This document shows positions 11,880-25,264 of a DNA stretch of 64,000 nt, in pieces. Each line of letters begins with the position of its first letter. Within the stretch, counting starts at the first letter, position 1. Position numbers and translations under genes: made by a program. The DNA is from Squalus acanthias (Eukaryota), in contig CM059432.1 of NCBI GenBank assembly GCA_030390025.1, positions 93,806,001 through 93,870,000 of the forward strand, written 5' to 3'. The notes under the pieces are model-generated. The model saw nothing but the letters and a program-made list of their open reading frames with translations, made no database searches and was not told the origin of the DNA.

Positions 11880-13500
11880 CTATTACTCCAGGATCATTCT
11901 GGAAGGTAAAGGAAGCCTTGAACTCCTCTTCGTCACCACGAGCCACAATCGCCGATCAATCTCCCTCCACATGCTCCACCCATAAATCTGAGTCTCAATG
12001 CAATGAGTCCCTGGACACCTTTGTTTCCAAAACTGATGTAATTCACTCAGCCACCTCTGCCTCCCTTCCTAACCTAAACCTGCTCGCTTACGCATTGCAG
12101 CTTTTCCCCAGCCCTCAGTAGGTTAATTTCCTCCAGGAAGTCCACCCCCTACTCCCTTAACCCCCTTCCAAACCAGTTCCTCACCATCCAAGTTTCCCTC
12201 ATCAGCCTGATATTATTCGTACCAATTTCTAGTTCTCTTCAAGCATTTTTCTCAGCCCTTTTAAAGCTAGCGTGACTTCTTTAAAAAGTCCCCTTTAATT
12301 CCTCGATCACAAACTATTGTTCTTTTTCTCCAAGGTCCTTGCAGGTCACTGTCACCATACTGCATATTCATTTTTTCTATCACTCCCTCCAACCCAGTTT
12401 CCAACCAACCCACAGCACGGAGATAATTCTAATTAAAATCACAAATCGCATCCTGTGTGATTGAACAAGGTTCACTGTCCCTCAATCTCCCTGCCATCCC
12501 AAGGTGTGTCAATACATCTCAAGCAGTTTCACATCATGTGGCCAGTCACCTCTGGTATACCCCAGCACTCCGTCCTAGGTTCCCTCCTAATCATTACATG
12601 CTACCCACCCCTGTCAACATCATGTACAAGCACAGGGTCAACCTCCACATGTATGCCAAAGACAATCATCACTACCTCTCTGCCACCAGCATTGACTCCT
12701 GTTACTGAATTACTGAACGATCTGCCTGATATCAGGGGTCTCAGATAAATTGCAACTTCCTACAGTTCAATATTGGCAAAACTGAAGCCATCCTACTGTG
12801 CTCCCGCCAGCATCTGTGCGCCTTCTGGCATGGATTCCATCAAGGTCCCTGGCTGCTCCTAGCAGTGTACAACACTGAAATGAGCTTTCTACCCCATAAT
12901 TTGAGCTAATGCTAAATTATGCTTTTACCACCTTTGGAATATTGCTGAATTACACCCCGACCTTACCTCTTCCACTGCTGAACCTCTGATCTCACCTTCA
13001 GTAGCTCAAGGATCTACTTCTGAAATTCTCTCCATGCCAGGCTCTCCAGTTCCACTCTTGACAAACCAACTAATCCAGAACGCCATGGTCTGAGACCTTT
13101 CCCTCATACTCATCACCTAGTGATTGCCTAGTTCAGTTTCCCCCTCCGGCAATGAAACTGCTTCAAGATCTTCATCCATTTTCAAATGTCATGTCTCACC
13201 CTATTCCAGTAATTTTCTCCAGTCATACATTTCAGTCCACACCTTCCGTTCCTGACCTCAGATCGCTGCCTATCCTCCACCCCTCTGTTCTAAAATTAGA
13301 GGCTGCTATTTCAGCTACGGCACCCGGCACTCTGCAATTCTCTTCCAAAACTAGCTTGCCTTGCTACCTCTCTCCCTGCCATTAAAAGCCTCATGGGAAC
13401 TTCTGTCTTTGATCATGTCTTCAAATTCCCACTCTCCCATGAATTCCATACTTGCTGCTTGTTGTCCATCTTGCCAACTTGTAAAGTGTTGCTGTTGTTT
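11880..13500 (+). mobile_element. Old L2-like LINE fragment
   Basis: C-rich degenerate RT remnants (cacagcacggaga, ggtataccccag...gtcctagg, ttcaatattggcaaaactgaagccatc). Confidence 0.6.
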
Positions 13501-14342
13501 TATCTTCCCTTTGATTTACTTTTTAAATTGTAAATCAGGATGACCAGATATAAACTGTTTTGCTGTGTCTATTTGGCATTGATTTTTTGTAGAGATTTTT
13601 ATAAATGCTGCCATTGCAGCAAGTGCAACAAAATAATGCCAGGTATGTTCCTAAAATACTGTGACCAATCATTTATTCAAACTGCTAAACATAGCTTGTA
13701 GCTATTAAACAATTCTATTTCATTTAAATGAAGAGATTAAACATGCTACACTATAACTGTATCAGGGCTATTTGGGAATGTCAGGACTTTCATGCAAATT
13801 TTTTTTGACCCGAATATTTGAAATTCAGAATTTAATGACAGAAGATTGCCACTTTATTCAATCTTTTTTCCTAAATGGGTTCTTTGTTCTATCAAAGTTG
13901 CCCAAATGACATCATTTACAAAGCTGATAAACTGAAATGGAGAAAACAAATCAGCCTTGCATTAAATCTGATGATTCTGGTGCACAAGTACTTTTAGAAA
14001 GATCAGTATTAATAGTGTTAAAATTAAAAAACAATACTGGAAAACAAAACAGAAATAACTAAAGACTTGCAATTTATGCTGCAGTTAAGAAAATGCATTC
14101 CCACTACAAATGGCTCCATATTATATAGCACTATTAACACACACAATTATATTTTCACTTTAATTGTGCAGTGTATGAAGAAACATGTGAATTCTTTTGA
14201 ATATAATGTTATTGCGGCTCGTCAGGATAAATGCACTACATGCAGTAAACATACAGCACTCCATGTCAAAGGACTGATCACTAGCTATGGCGATCTACTG
14301 GTGTGCACAAACTAATGATGCACAACTTATACAGATACAAAC

Positions 14343-14408
14343 CTCTAACATAAGATTACTATGTTTGACATACACATTTTCACCTCTGATTCGCTTTACA
14401 AGACTATT
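14343..14408 (-). CDS. EPB41L3: EPB41L3 66-nt SAB cassette exon, homolog of 4.1R exon 16 (NSLVKRIRGENVYVKHSNLMLE)
   Basis: tttttttttacag|AAT acceptor, GAG|gtttgt donor; GEN.Y..HSNLMLE spectrin-actin-binding motif. Confidence 0.92.
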
Positions 14409-14651
14409 CTGTAAAAAAAAAAGCAAAAATAAAATGGAAACGGATATGGAACAAAAGACACTAAAATAAGTATTTGGAACAAAAAGCTAGCAAAAGAAAA
14501 TGGTGGATAAATGATGCAAGTTATACCACTTAAGCAAAGTATAAGAAAATATAAATCTACAACAGAAACTGAAGGGTACTGGAGAAGAATAATTCAGACT
14601 GATGGACTACTCTACAATCTGGTCTTTTACATAAAAATCTCTTCCTTGTAC

Positions 14652-14687
14652 CTGGGTCTTGGATTCCGATTCATCCTCTTGATCAGA
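14652..14687 (-). CDS. EPB41L3: EPB41L3 36-nt microexon (SDQEDESESKTQ)
   Basis: ttatgccatcag|TCT acceptor, CAG|gtacaa donor; resembles 4.1B SDQEEDAELKAQ. Confidence 0.88.
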
Positions 14688-16553
14688 CTGATGGCATAAA
14701 GAAGGATTTAAAATCAAAACTTTAACATCTAATCACTGACACCACGTCAATGTACAAATTTAGTCACAAGAAAGCCATACTACCTTAACCAAAGTTACTG
14801 CCGCATTACATTCAATAGATCTTGAAATTACTCAGCATATGAGGAATAGAGTCAGGAAACGGATAGAGCACTACTAGAAATCCCTGAAAATGAACAAAAT
14901 GCCTGCTTGATGTGACCCAGGATGGTGACAGAGTACAAAATCTTAACAATGCTCAAAAACAGCTTTATAGAAGAGACTAGGAGGACTTGCGGTCCTTTGC
15001 CATTTGGTTAATGCCATCTTTAAAAATGTTTAGGATTATCATCTACCATCCACAGCAGGACAATTCCTCTTTAAAGAATATAATACACATTGCTTTAATA
15101 AAAGAACAACCAGTTGTAGTGCGAGTTCCTTCTGCCAACACTGTTCATGTAACTGTGCTTATATGTCTGCATATTAGGAGGGAAGTGGTATATGTTTATG
15201 GACCAGAGACACACATGAGCAGTATATTATTCAAATGGAGTTAAGTGTATAACTGATTAAGTACTGTAATTATATAAATGCTGCCAGTTTTCCATTATTG
15301 GTTTCAATGCATTTTCAAGCATGGTTTCAAATGTGACTTTCACCAACGTGGATAGTATGGAAACAGATTTTTTTGCTTGGATTGCACACAGCTTTCAGCA
15401 ACAGTGTGCTGAGTGACTGGGTAAACGGCCTGTTCCACTGGCAAATCACAAAGAGCCTCTTCAGTTGAACACATCCTTTAAACAATGTGAAGTAAAATTC
15501 TTTATTTAGCTAAAATACGACAGGTGTTAAGTGATTTAAATTAATGTGTAATGTGAATTAATTTTATTTGAAGCATTTGAAAAAAAATAAGCAGAATTGT
15601 TAAAGCTGTAAAATCATGTTTCCAGCCATCAACCACCTGCCAATTTCAACAATGTGAAATCCACTAGCCAGTGGCCTATATGCACTCAGGTTAGCTGAGA
15701 GCTGGACCATTGACAAACACACTCGAGCAATGAAACACAAAAGTTTTAAAAGGGAAACAAAAGATGAGATGATTGCAGAAAATCAGCAGGAAGGAAATAC
15801 TCTTTTGTTACATACCAAGAGGACAGAGCTGGGGTTTTCTGTAGCTTTCATTGACTTTGTTTAGGTACTGTTATAATTGATTTAGAAAACAACAGCAATA
15901 AGTAGCTTGGTGGCATAGCATGTTGGTGTACTAAGCCATTAAGCCCCACAAAGTAGTGAAAGTGGCTCATGTCCATGATACATCACAAAGTGAGTTTTGA
16001 TATCAGCCAGGTTATCTCGTCTTTGCATGCAAACATTGGAAGGGCACTGAAGGACAAGTTGCAGAGTATTAATTCTGCATCAAAATAACTCCCTGGTTCA
16101 TAATCTGCATTGGTCATTACCTTAGATTTGGAAAATTTGGTTCGATATTAAAGTCTGTGCACTGCCTGCATTTTCCAGTAATAAATCGCATTACAGCAAG
16201 GCTTGAGAAGGCACACTGTATGAATGAAGAAATAAGAGCAAACACAGATGCTCTTCAAGTCATTATTGATTGTAGCTTCCTGGAGGATGCCACTGATCTA
16301 ATTTTCATGCAGCACACTCTTACTGACATTTTGAACCATTCTCTCCTGCTGATCTTGCCAGCCAATTCTCATTTTAGCTTAGAATAAGTGCTCTGTTACT
16401 TTGTACTTGGCACTTCTTCACGCTAATCTGTATACCATCTTGTGGCTACATTAATGTCAAGTTAACAGCTGCACCAGTTAAAACTCTCAGACAAACAAGC
16501 GAGATTATAAGGCTCATTTCCATGGGAAGTGCACGCTGGTGGAATGTACAAAC

Positions 16554-16610
16554 CTCTGCAGTGGTTTCCCCATCAGCAGGACCCGTAGTATCAGTCTGCT
16601 CACTGTCAGT
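16554..16610 (-). CDS. EPB41L3: EPB41L3 57-nt exon (TDSEQTDTTGPADGETTAE)
   Basis: aaaatag|ACT acceptor, GAG|gtttgt donor; resembles 4.1B TDSERTDTAADGETTATE. Confidence 0.9.
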
Positions 16611-16881
16611 CTATTTTGTCAGCAAAATCCCAAGATGTCCAGTAGGAAAGCAGGAATAAAAATACATCAGCCTTGTAAGAACATTGAAGCTTATTTTCAA
16701 GGTGTCTTACTCAGATCTGTCATTGTGCCTTTACTTCAGTGACAAAAAGGGCTAATTAGAAGCATGAAACAAACAAATTAAATGGAACTAGCTCAGAGGA
16801 AGGTTTAAGGCAAAATGGGATGTGCAATAGCAAGTTACAAGATTGAATGCCTTTTAAAAAAGAAAATCACATTGTTTAAAG

Positions 16882-16923
16882 GCTTCATCAAAATGATATT
16901 TCGCTTCATCAAAATGATATTTC
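16882..16923 (+). repeat. 21-bp tandem duplication
   Basis: gcttcatcaaaatgatatttc x2. Confidence 0.85.
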
Positions 16924-17383
16924 AGTCCTATTTCATTTTAACTGAAAAGTGATTTTTTGGGGGGGCAAATATCACCAAATTTCACAGCATCAATAAGCAA
17001 ATGACTTGCACTAACAAATTTGAAAACATTGGTCCTAGAGAAACTCATTTAAACCCATTCCAAATATGGGATAAATAGCATGCAGCGAGGATCCCTTTTC
17101 CAAAGTAAGACAGAGGCTGATTACCTTCAAGTTATTTCTGTTAATGCCTGGGCTAAGCACATGGAACTAAACTATCAATGATGTATCTCAAACTAATGAC
17201 GAACGGCAACTGGGCCTTAAGCCAGTTTTACAGCCAACATGTAGCATTCATAAAGGGGGCAGTATATGAGTACAGCAATGCACCAAGGATGGATCTAGTT
17301 TTACCCCTACAGTACCTATTGTTTTAAAACAAAAAAAGAGTTAAAAGGATATACTTGTGATATTTTACTGGAGGAAAAGAAAA

Positions 17384-18034
17384 AGGGGTAGAAATTGGAT
17401 TAGGCCTGAAATAGGTGATGCACTCAGAGTACACGGCAGAAGCCGGAGCTCGAGGCTCACCCAAAATTGGACATCGGGCTGCATCAGCATACTTCCAGCG
17501 AGCTGCAGACACCATTTGGACACCCAGAGGCAGCTTTGCTGGTTGGCTCCCCACCAATTTTGGGCGGCTGCAATGCAGCAGTGGCCCTCAAGTAGGTCCT
17601 GGGAGGCGGTGGAGGAGAACAAGAAAGGGGCAAGCGCAGGCCAGCAGCGTCTCAGGAGTGCTGTGGAGCCAGGAGGAGCACTCCAGCCATAAAGGCAAGT
17701 TAAAAAGAAGAAATGTTGTTTTATTACTGGCAGGACTTCTGGTTAGGCCGCAGCAAGAACAAGAAAACCTCAGGAGCATGCCCTGCACATGCTCCACTCA
17801 GCGCTGAAGAATTTCAGAGAGGGGTCCATAATCGGGCATTAGTCCCCTTGCATATGTTCATGAGGGGCTGAACACGTCTCTTCATGGTGATCATGGTGAA
17901 TATCACCTGAGCCAAAATGACATTGGATGTATTTCAGGTGGCCTTGGACACGGGATATAGCCCTGCAAAATTGGACCTTTTTGTCCCCATTTCATACCAA
18001 AACAATGGGAGTAACGATGTCCAATTTCTCCTCT
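17384..18034. mobile_element. MITE with aggggtagaaattgg / ccaatttctcctct TIRs
   Basis: Terminal inverted repeats around a GC-rich body in an AT-rich intron. Confidence 0.55.
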
Positions 18035-20383
18035 CAAGTGTTTATGCAACTATTTTGAGATACAAAATTGATTTGTTATGGTTTAAATTAAATATATTAC
18101 AATTTTGTAACTAACTATTTCTGTTAAAAAAAAAATTGAACTTTTACACCAGAAGCAAAGTTTACTCAAGAACTCTTTACAGTCACTGTGACAGCAGCCT
18201 GACTTTCAGGCCCTCGACTGTGCCATTCCTTTCTTTAAAAAAAAAATCATGTACAGGTCTGCTTGCAGCATTTATATGAAAAGAATGATTCTTATCTGGT
18301 CCAACTGCCCAGCACTCCTAACAGCTTAATTTCCAATTAGACTGTACTAGTCTCAGCAGATTGTACTCTTAGGACTGTTTTTCTACATCTATACTAGGAC
18401 TGAAATGAAAATTGATATGCTCGAACATCAATTATCCAAAGTTTTCATTTGATAGGCATGGATCTATTTGGTGCTGTCATTTCAATAATTAAAAAGGTGC
18501 AATGCTTTCTTAAAAAAAAACTTTGCTATATTTTTATTTTTCCCTGTCATACAAAATATTGTAATACTTAATATAACAGAAACAAAAATCATATGAAAGT
18601 ATTGCAGTTAGCACTCTCAAAGTCAAGGTGTTGATAACAATACTTTTTTCCTCAGTTTACTAAACCAGTTACTTCAGGAAGGTTATTTACATAGTAACTA
18701 TTAATAGAGACCAATATTTCCTTTGTCAAGGTACACTGAACTATCAAAAAAGTACACTGAAGAAACACTGGTTTATTAGAATTGTGGAAGAGGGATGGAC
18801 GGCCAATAATACAGCAAGGTACTCGCATTTCACTAGAGAGAAAATGAGGGTGGGTCAATATAACATTGAAGGTCCATTTAAGGAGTACTCGTCCAACTTT
18901 ACCGACATTAGTAACAAATTCATAAACATGCTTTGAGAGACTTCACCAGCATCACAGTGAAGGGTTTCAGTTTATTTGTCGTCTTTTGTGTGGAGAATTT
19001 GCAGAGAATCTGGACTTATTTTAATAAAGCTTCAAAATATATAAAGTTTACCAAAACAAAATTAACTATATCCTTTCTTCAGTGGACTACAATAGATAGC
19101 TGAAAAATCCTGCAATACAAAATTCCCTAATGAATTAAGTACGAAAATCAACCTCTGCTTAAGAGATAGAGTAAGTACGCAATGTAGCCCAAGATTTAAG
19201 GGCTTTAAATCAAATACAATTCTGACTTATGCCTTCTTAAATGTACAGATATATAGGTCATGATGCAAACAGACCTCCATTCATTGAACAGTCCGTACAT
19301 GCAATCTGGACCAAACAATGACCACTATTTTAACTTTTCTATATATTTCCAAGAATAACAGAGCATGCACATTAATGTACTGTATATACACTTCACGATC
19401 AGCCGATTCTGGATGCTCTGGAGGATGGTTTGAGATTAGACACCAAGTTTTCATTCTGATCCTACAGTGAAGTAAAGTTAACGTAGTCTATACCCCTGAA
19501 TCGGTTTTAGTGTCTGTAAAAATTATGCTGTACAGTCTGCCTACAGGTTCATTTGTCCACTTCCAAAGCAGAACTTATAATTGTTCATCAAAAATACTAC
19601 TTTTATTTTTTCCTTTCTGTCAAGATAGAAAACTGAATAAGGTCACATTTAGAGTAATTCATGCTGACAGTTCCTGGACACTGTATTCACAAGGGACCAC
19701 AGTAACTTCAAATTCTACATTAAATAGAAGGTCACAAACAACAGGCAAGATATTTCATTATGAATTTAAGCATGTCAGAGAGCTAAAAACTGTGATTTTA
19801 AAGAAATCACATTACCAAACATAGAATGAGGCATTTTGATCAAAAAAGGTGAATAATAAGGCCCTTGATGTTTAGTATTTCTATTCATATTGAGCCATCC
19901 ACTGAGCAGAACACAAGGTTCACTGAAGAACAAATAGTCTACTGTAATACTAATGAGGTTGTGGCTGTCTCACACCAGAGAAGCTAAGCTGATTGACTAT
20001 CAACTGGCTCCAACTTCTAGGGAAATGCCAGCACGGCTCATTTGAATGACCTCATTCAATTTAGGAATTTACATCTATAATAGTACGAAGTATGTACCAC
20101 ACGCCAATTACTTCATCTTTTTCCACCATTATTACTGAACAGTTTTCATAGCTGTTGAAGAATAGACCGGTTTTTCAGAAACTTTTTTCTTCTTCGAGTA
20201 CAAAAACTTTTTGTCTAATCTGATGAGTCAAGTTACAGTTATGCCTCTTTGAAACACAACTTTAACAACAAGAAAAGGCAGCAATGAGGTTCTGAAAGTA
20301 AGATTACTATTGCAGCATTGTACATTGTGCAGGACACTCGAGCGCTGAACACAAAGAACTGTGTTCTAGGCTGAGGTACACAC

Positions 20384-20956
20384 CTCTTCCTCCGAACTGT
20401 CACTCAGGTCATTGTCAACTGAGGCACTCAAGGAGGCTGCCCTGGGCTCCAGGTAGCACAGGCACATAGCAAGAGGGAAGGAGAGAGTGAGAGCATATGG
20501 TACAGAGAAAGAAGCTGAAAGCAGGAAGAAGAAAATGAAAAGAAAACAGGGGACAAGTGACGGTGATTGAATAGGCAGGTAACGTTGGAAACTTTCAGGT
20601 AAGAAACTGGCATCAGAAAAGCTGGGGAAGGAAAGGTAGCCATCATCATCTAGCAAAGAGAATGATGCTGGGAGATGCAAGGAGAATGAAAACAAGGTTC
20701 CTTCTTTCCTAGATCTAGGCCCTAGATCTTGGTCTCTTTTAAAATCCACTGCTTTCTTATCAACAGAGTTTGAAGAATCATAGTCAAACAATGGATGGGG
20801 AATTTTGCTGGGGTCTTCAGTCTTAACACAACCAGCTGATTTTGAAATATTCTCTGTACATCTCCTGTGAACACTGGTTGATGACACTGGAGAGTCACAG
20901 TGTAAAGGCAAAGAGCAAGAGGAAGAGCAAAATGAATCTGTACCAAAGAATGAAGC
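20384..20956 (-). CDS. EPB41L3: EPB41L3 large U2 exon (ASFFGTDSF...LLDDDGYLSFP...SPSLVPCFLFIFFFLLSASFSVPYALTLSFPLAMCLCYLEP...SDSSEEE)
   Basis: tgttttccccatag|GCT acceptor, GAG|gtgtgt donor, 573 bp = 191 codons, phase 0-0. Confidence 0.92.
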
Positions 20957-22002
20957 CTATGGGGAAAACACAGGAAATCACAGAAGATGCAGGAGCAACA
21001 TAAAGGAGCAGGAACATAAAAAAAAGACAAAAAAGAAAAATATTAGTTAATGCATCCCACAGTATTTGTTCTTCCAAAATTTCAGAGCTTCTGCTAACTA
21101 GAAGTATTTAGCAGTTTGGGACTCGGAAATGCCGAATTGCAGGGGTTCACAAAACAATTTTGCACAAGTATAATTCTGAAGACCTGTAATTTGTTTTCTC
21201 TCTTTTAAACACTCAGTTTTTATTCCATGTACAAAATTAGTTTTCCATTTACTGTCTTCATCTAGTCACATGTTTTAATTTTTATTGGATTTGTTTTCTT
21301 TCTTTGTTCTGTATTCCTTTGTTTTACTTGTTTACTTCTGGTTCGCAATTACTCATGAACTTTCTGACCTCCACTTTGATCTATTTAATGCCATTTTCTT
21401 TTCTAATTCCCCTTTGCACTTCACCTTGTTCATCTGTTTCTTTCTTCATTCCTAGTTAGTGTATCCAATCAATGACAATGGCTTTCTTGCTGCTTCCATT
21501 CCAATGCTGCTAGAATTAGTTATATCTCTTGTACCCAAGCATTAGTACATGTGCAGCTCATGAAGGGAGACCTACTGGGAATTGCAGATGTCAGCAGCAA
21601 GGCATGGGGAGTGCAAAAGCGTTTGCAGGTTATAATGGGAGAATTTAAAATAAAATGCTGCCACTTAGCAAAGGGTGCTTGGAAATATGGAATGCAGAAA
21701 ATGGAAGTTCTCAGGAGCCAGTGTCAAATTTCAGGTGCCTTATGACTCAGAACCACAAGTTAATGGAAACTCTGAAAATTTGTTTGAAAAATGAGGTAAA
21801 CCTTTTCCCTATTACAGCACAGTTCAATTTATATCTACTCGAATACAGTTAGAAAAGTTAATATTTTTCTTGAGAGGTGATAAATGTTACTGTCGTCATG
21901 TTTTACATCAGTTTGTTTACTTCTTGGAATATATGATGAATAATTAAAGACCAAGTCTACATATAAAACAAAGACAAAAGTTTTACATTCTACAGGGGTG
22001 AA

Positions 22003-22797
22003 ATAAGAAATAGGAGCAGGATTAGACCATTCAGCCCCTCGAGCCTGCTCCATCATTCAAGATCATGGCTGATCTTCTACCTCAACTCCACTTTCTTGCA
22101 CTATCCCTCGATTCCCTTAATATCCAAAAATCTATGGATCTCTGTCTTGAATATACTCAACGACTGAGCCTCCACAGCCCTCTGATGTAGAGAATTCCAA
22201 AGATTCACCACCCTATGAGTGAAGAAATTTCTCCTCATCTCCATCCTAAATGGCTGACCCCTTATTCTGAGACTGTGACCCCTGGTTCTAAACTCCCCAG
22301 CCAGGGGAAGCATCCTCCCTGCATCTACCCTGTCAAGCCCTGTAAGAATTTTGTATGTTTCAGTGAGATCACCTCTCATTCTTCTAAACTCCAGAGAATA
22401 TAGGCCTAGTCTACTCAATCTGTCCTCATAGGACAATCCCCCCATCCCAGGAACCAGTCTGGTGAACATTCGTTGAACTCCCTCTATGGCAAGTATATCC
22501 TTCCTTAGGAAAGGAGACCAAAACTGTACACAATACTCCAGGTGTGGTCTCACCAGGGCCTTATATAATTGCAGCAAGACGTCTTTACTCTTATACTCAA
22601 ATCCTCTTGTAATAAAGGCCAACATACCATTTGCTTTCCTAATTGCTTGCTATACCTGCATGTTAACTTTCAGTGATTTGTGTACAAGGACACCCAGGCC
22701 CCTCTGAACACCAACATTTCCCAATCTCTCACCATTTGAAAAATACTCTGCTTTTCTATTTTTCCTACCAAAGTGGATAACTTCACATTTCTCCACC
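22003..22797 (-). mobile_element. CR1 LINE 3' fragment (RT C-terminus + 3' UTR)
   Basis: ORF 22101-22625 with LYKALVRPHLEYCVQFWSP and RTRGHSLRI..RRNFFT.RVVNLWNSL; CR1-type 3' end. Confidence 0.92.
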
Positions 22798-22889
22798 ATA
22801 CTGTTAGTAACTGTGGCTTAACGTGTTCACATGAAATTACTCTATCCACTACTTCAACGAAGGCATTATCCCATTTAAAATAATGGGGC

Positions 22890-23216
22890 GGGGCCATTTT
22901 AACCCTATCCACCCGGTGGAAACTGGGAGGGTGGGTAGTTAAAATTGCCCCGGTTACTTACCCACCTGGAGCTGATGGGATCTGCAGATGACCCTGGCAG
23001 CTGATCCTGCCACTTACTTGCTGTTAGAAGGACAGCCTCAGAGTTGTGAGATTTTCTGTCACTTCTCACCCGGAATGGGTGGGAAGTCAGCTAGCAGAAT
23101 TTAAATGAGGCCCAGGAGTTAAAATACCCCAGGCCTCATTTCTGGATTAGTGGATGAGTTTCTAACTCACACTGCCACCTAACTGCCCAAAACTGGCTCA
23201 GAGTTAAAATCAGGCC
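22890..23216. mobile_element. MITE with ggcc.ttttaac / gttaaaatcaggcc TIRs; a related end lies at 1-46
   Basis: Terminal inverted repeats visible. Confidence 0.5.
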
Positions 23217-24105
23217 TAATTTCTCTGTTAAAATAGTGGACAAATAAATTTAACATGAACATGCTAAGCAAGTCATGCACCATCCTGACTTGGGACATAT
23301 ATCGCCATTTTTTCCCCCATTGTCGCTGGATCAAAATCCAGGAATTCTCTTTAGAACACCAACTTGGGAGCACCATCACTACAAGGACTATAGTGGTTTA
23401 AGGCAGCAGCTCACCAGTACCTCAGCAGCAAGTCGGGATGGGCAATACATGTTGCCTTCTCAGTGTTGCTACATTCTAAGAACAAGTTTCAAGGACAAAG
23501 AAATTTCAACCCTTAAGTATCCATAAATACGATCATTCTTCTATCAAAACAAAAGTGTTTCTAAAACCTCATTTAAGATGGAGGACAAGACAGCAGACAG
23601 AAGAGACAATATCCCTTTTTTGATTGGCCTACATAGAGTGGATTTCTAAACTCAATTAAATCTAATAATCACGGATATTTCTGAGCCTTTCCTAACTGTT
23701 CAAGACATCTTATATAATTTCATTTAGCAGATGACTGTAATACTGCAGAAGTGAGAACCCATGTTTATTAATGGACCTATTAACATGACTATTCAAAGAG
23801 AGAATCAGCAGTGCTATAATGAGCTGAGTTGCAGAGCAGTATATTTTTGCACTCACAATATATGATGTGGTGTGTTCGCAGTCTTGGCATGAAACTTAGG
23901 AAAGACCAAAAGAACCAGCACTTGCCTAAACAGAGTAAGGGAAAATATTTGCTGGGTGATTTACTCCAGGCTTCTGCTGGACCCCTCCTAGCAGCTAATT
24001 GCAGAGTAGCACTGACAGAATGCAGTGAGTAAGACACTTGTCCATCCCCTCAGGCAAGATTTGTTGTTTGGCATGGGAGACTTGGACCAGGGGGATTAAA
24101 TATAA

Positions 24106-24839
24106 TGGCCCTGAAATTGTGGTGTCTGCGATGGCGTACAAAGAGTACACCATCGTATTCCCTTTGAAAGACCCCGCAAGCGCTTGCGCATGCGTGAAAT
24201 CCGGAACGTGTGATCTGTCAAGGTACGCCCTGACAGATCATCCGAACTGCCTGAAAAATGAGTATTGCTGGCGTAGAGTTTGCCCAACAACTGCCCAGCA
24301 ATTGTCTACGCAACTCTTAAGGCTGGTAAAAGCAGATGTAGGGCCTGCTTGCATCAGTGTAGGGTATATATAAGGCTTAAATAAAACATTTTAAAATCCA
24401 AAATTATGCACATACACTTTTAATGAGTTTATGCAAATATTAAGATGTTTAAAATTATTTATCAGAAAATTTAATTTTTATTGCGGTTGCTGCAATGAAG
24501 GAACTTATGAATAAAATTGTAATTCAGTACATTGTATAATCATTAGAATTCTGTACATTGTATAATTATTTGTGATTCGATTGCATATCATGAGGGGATT
24601 CCCTTTGTAAATGATTGCAATGGAATCCTCCTGTTATTGGAGGACCAGGCCCACGTGATCCCAGGGATGCTTCCGAACTGCCTGCGTCCCTGGGATCCGT
24701 GGGCCTTTACACTGCCGTCCGCCTGGAGGCCCGAGACCGCAACTCTTCGCAGCCTGGGCGTCAGGAGGTACTGTCGGAATTGTTTCGAGGGTCGGAGGCC
24801 TACTCCGGAGGTACACCTCCGACCGCAATTTCTAGGCCA
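24106..24839. mobile_element. MITE, GGCC..GAAATTG TIR family
   Basis: tggccctgaaattgtggt ... accgcaatttctaggcca; GC-rich arms and AT-rich core. Confidence 0.75.
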
Positions 24840-25264
24840 TTATCCCCTCCTCCCAATAAAATAATAATCCGCTAAAATTAATTCTAATCTGTATAATTTT
24901 TTGGATATATGGAAGGCACAACAATTACAAACAAAGTCTCGTAATACCCTTTCAGGAATCATACAATATGAACAACTGAAAATATTGGCCAGATAAAATT
25001 ACAAAATTAGGCTTTACACAAAAGTTATTCTTGCTTTTGAAAGCAACAAAAATAAAATGCAATATTGCAGCAGCCAATGGATCTCTGAAAATCAGTTAAA
25101 AGTTGTGCACCACCAGAGCTCAGGAATTATAAATTGTTTGAGCTTTACTCTGAGCTTAAGTCTTCAGTTGAACTTCTCAAATAGGGTGCAGCGTTTAAAT
25201 TCATTTCAGGGCTTCGATTACATGCATATTGAGAAGAGTGAATTTTGAAAGTGTGCACTAGACA

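Noticed and set aside
15816-15868. Possible additional microexon ending at a TTG|gtatgt donor
   Set aside because: The better acceptor gives a frameshifting 52 nt; the in-frame 39-nt option lacks a pyrimidine tract; peptide not recognised.
17324-17807. Cluster of overlapping ORFs on both strands
   Set aside because: Lies in a GC-rich MITE interior where stops are rare; no domain motifs.
20428-20649. Overlapping alternate-frame ORF (MMMATFP...) in the U2 exon
   Set aside because: The ATGs arise from GAT GAT GAT (DDD) codons; short, with no independent support.
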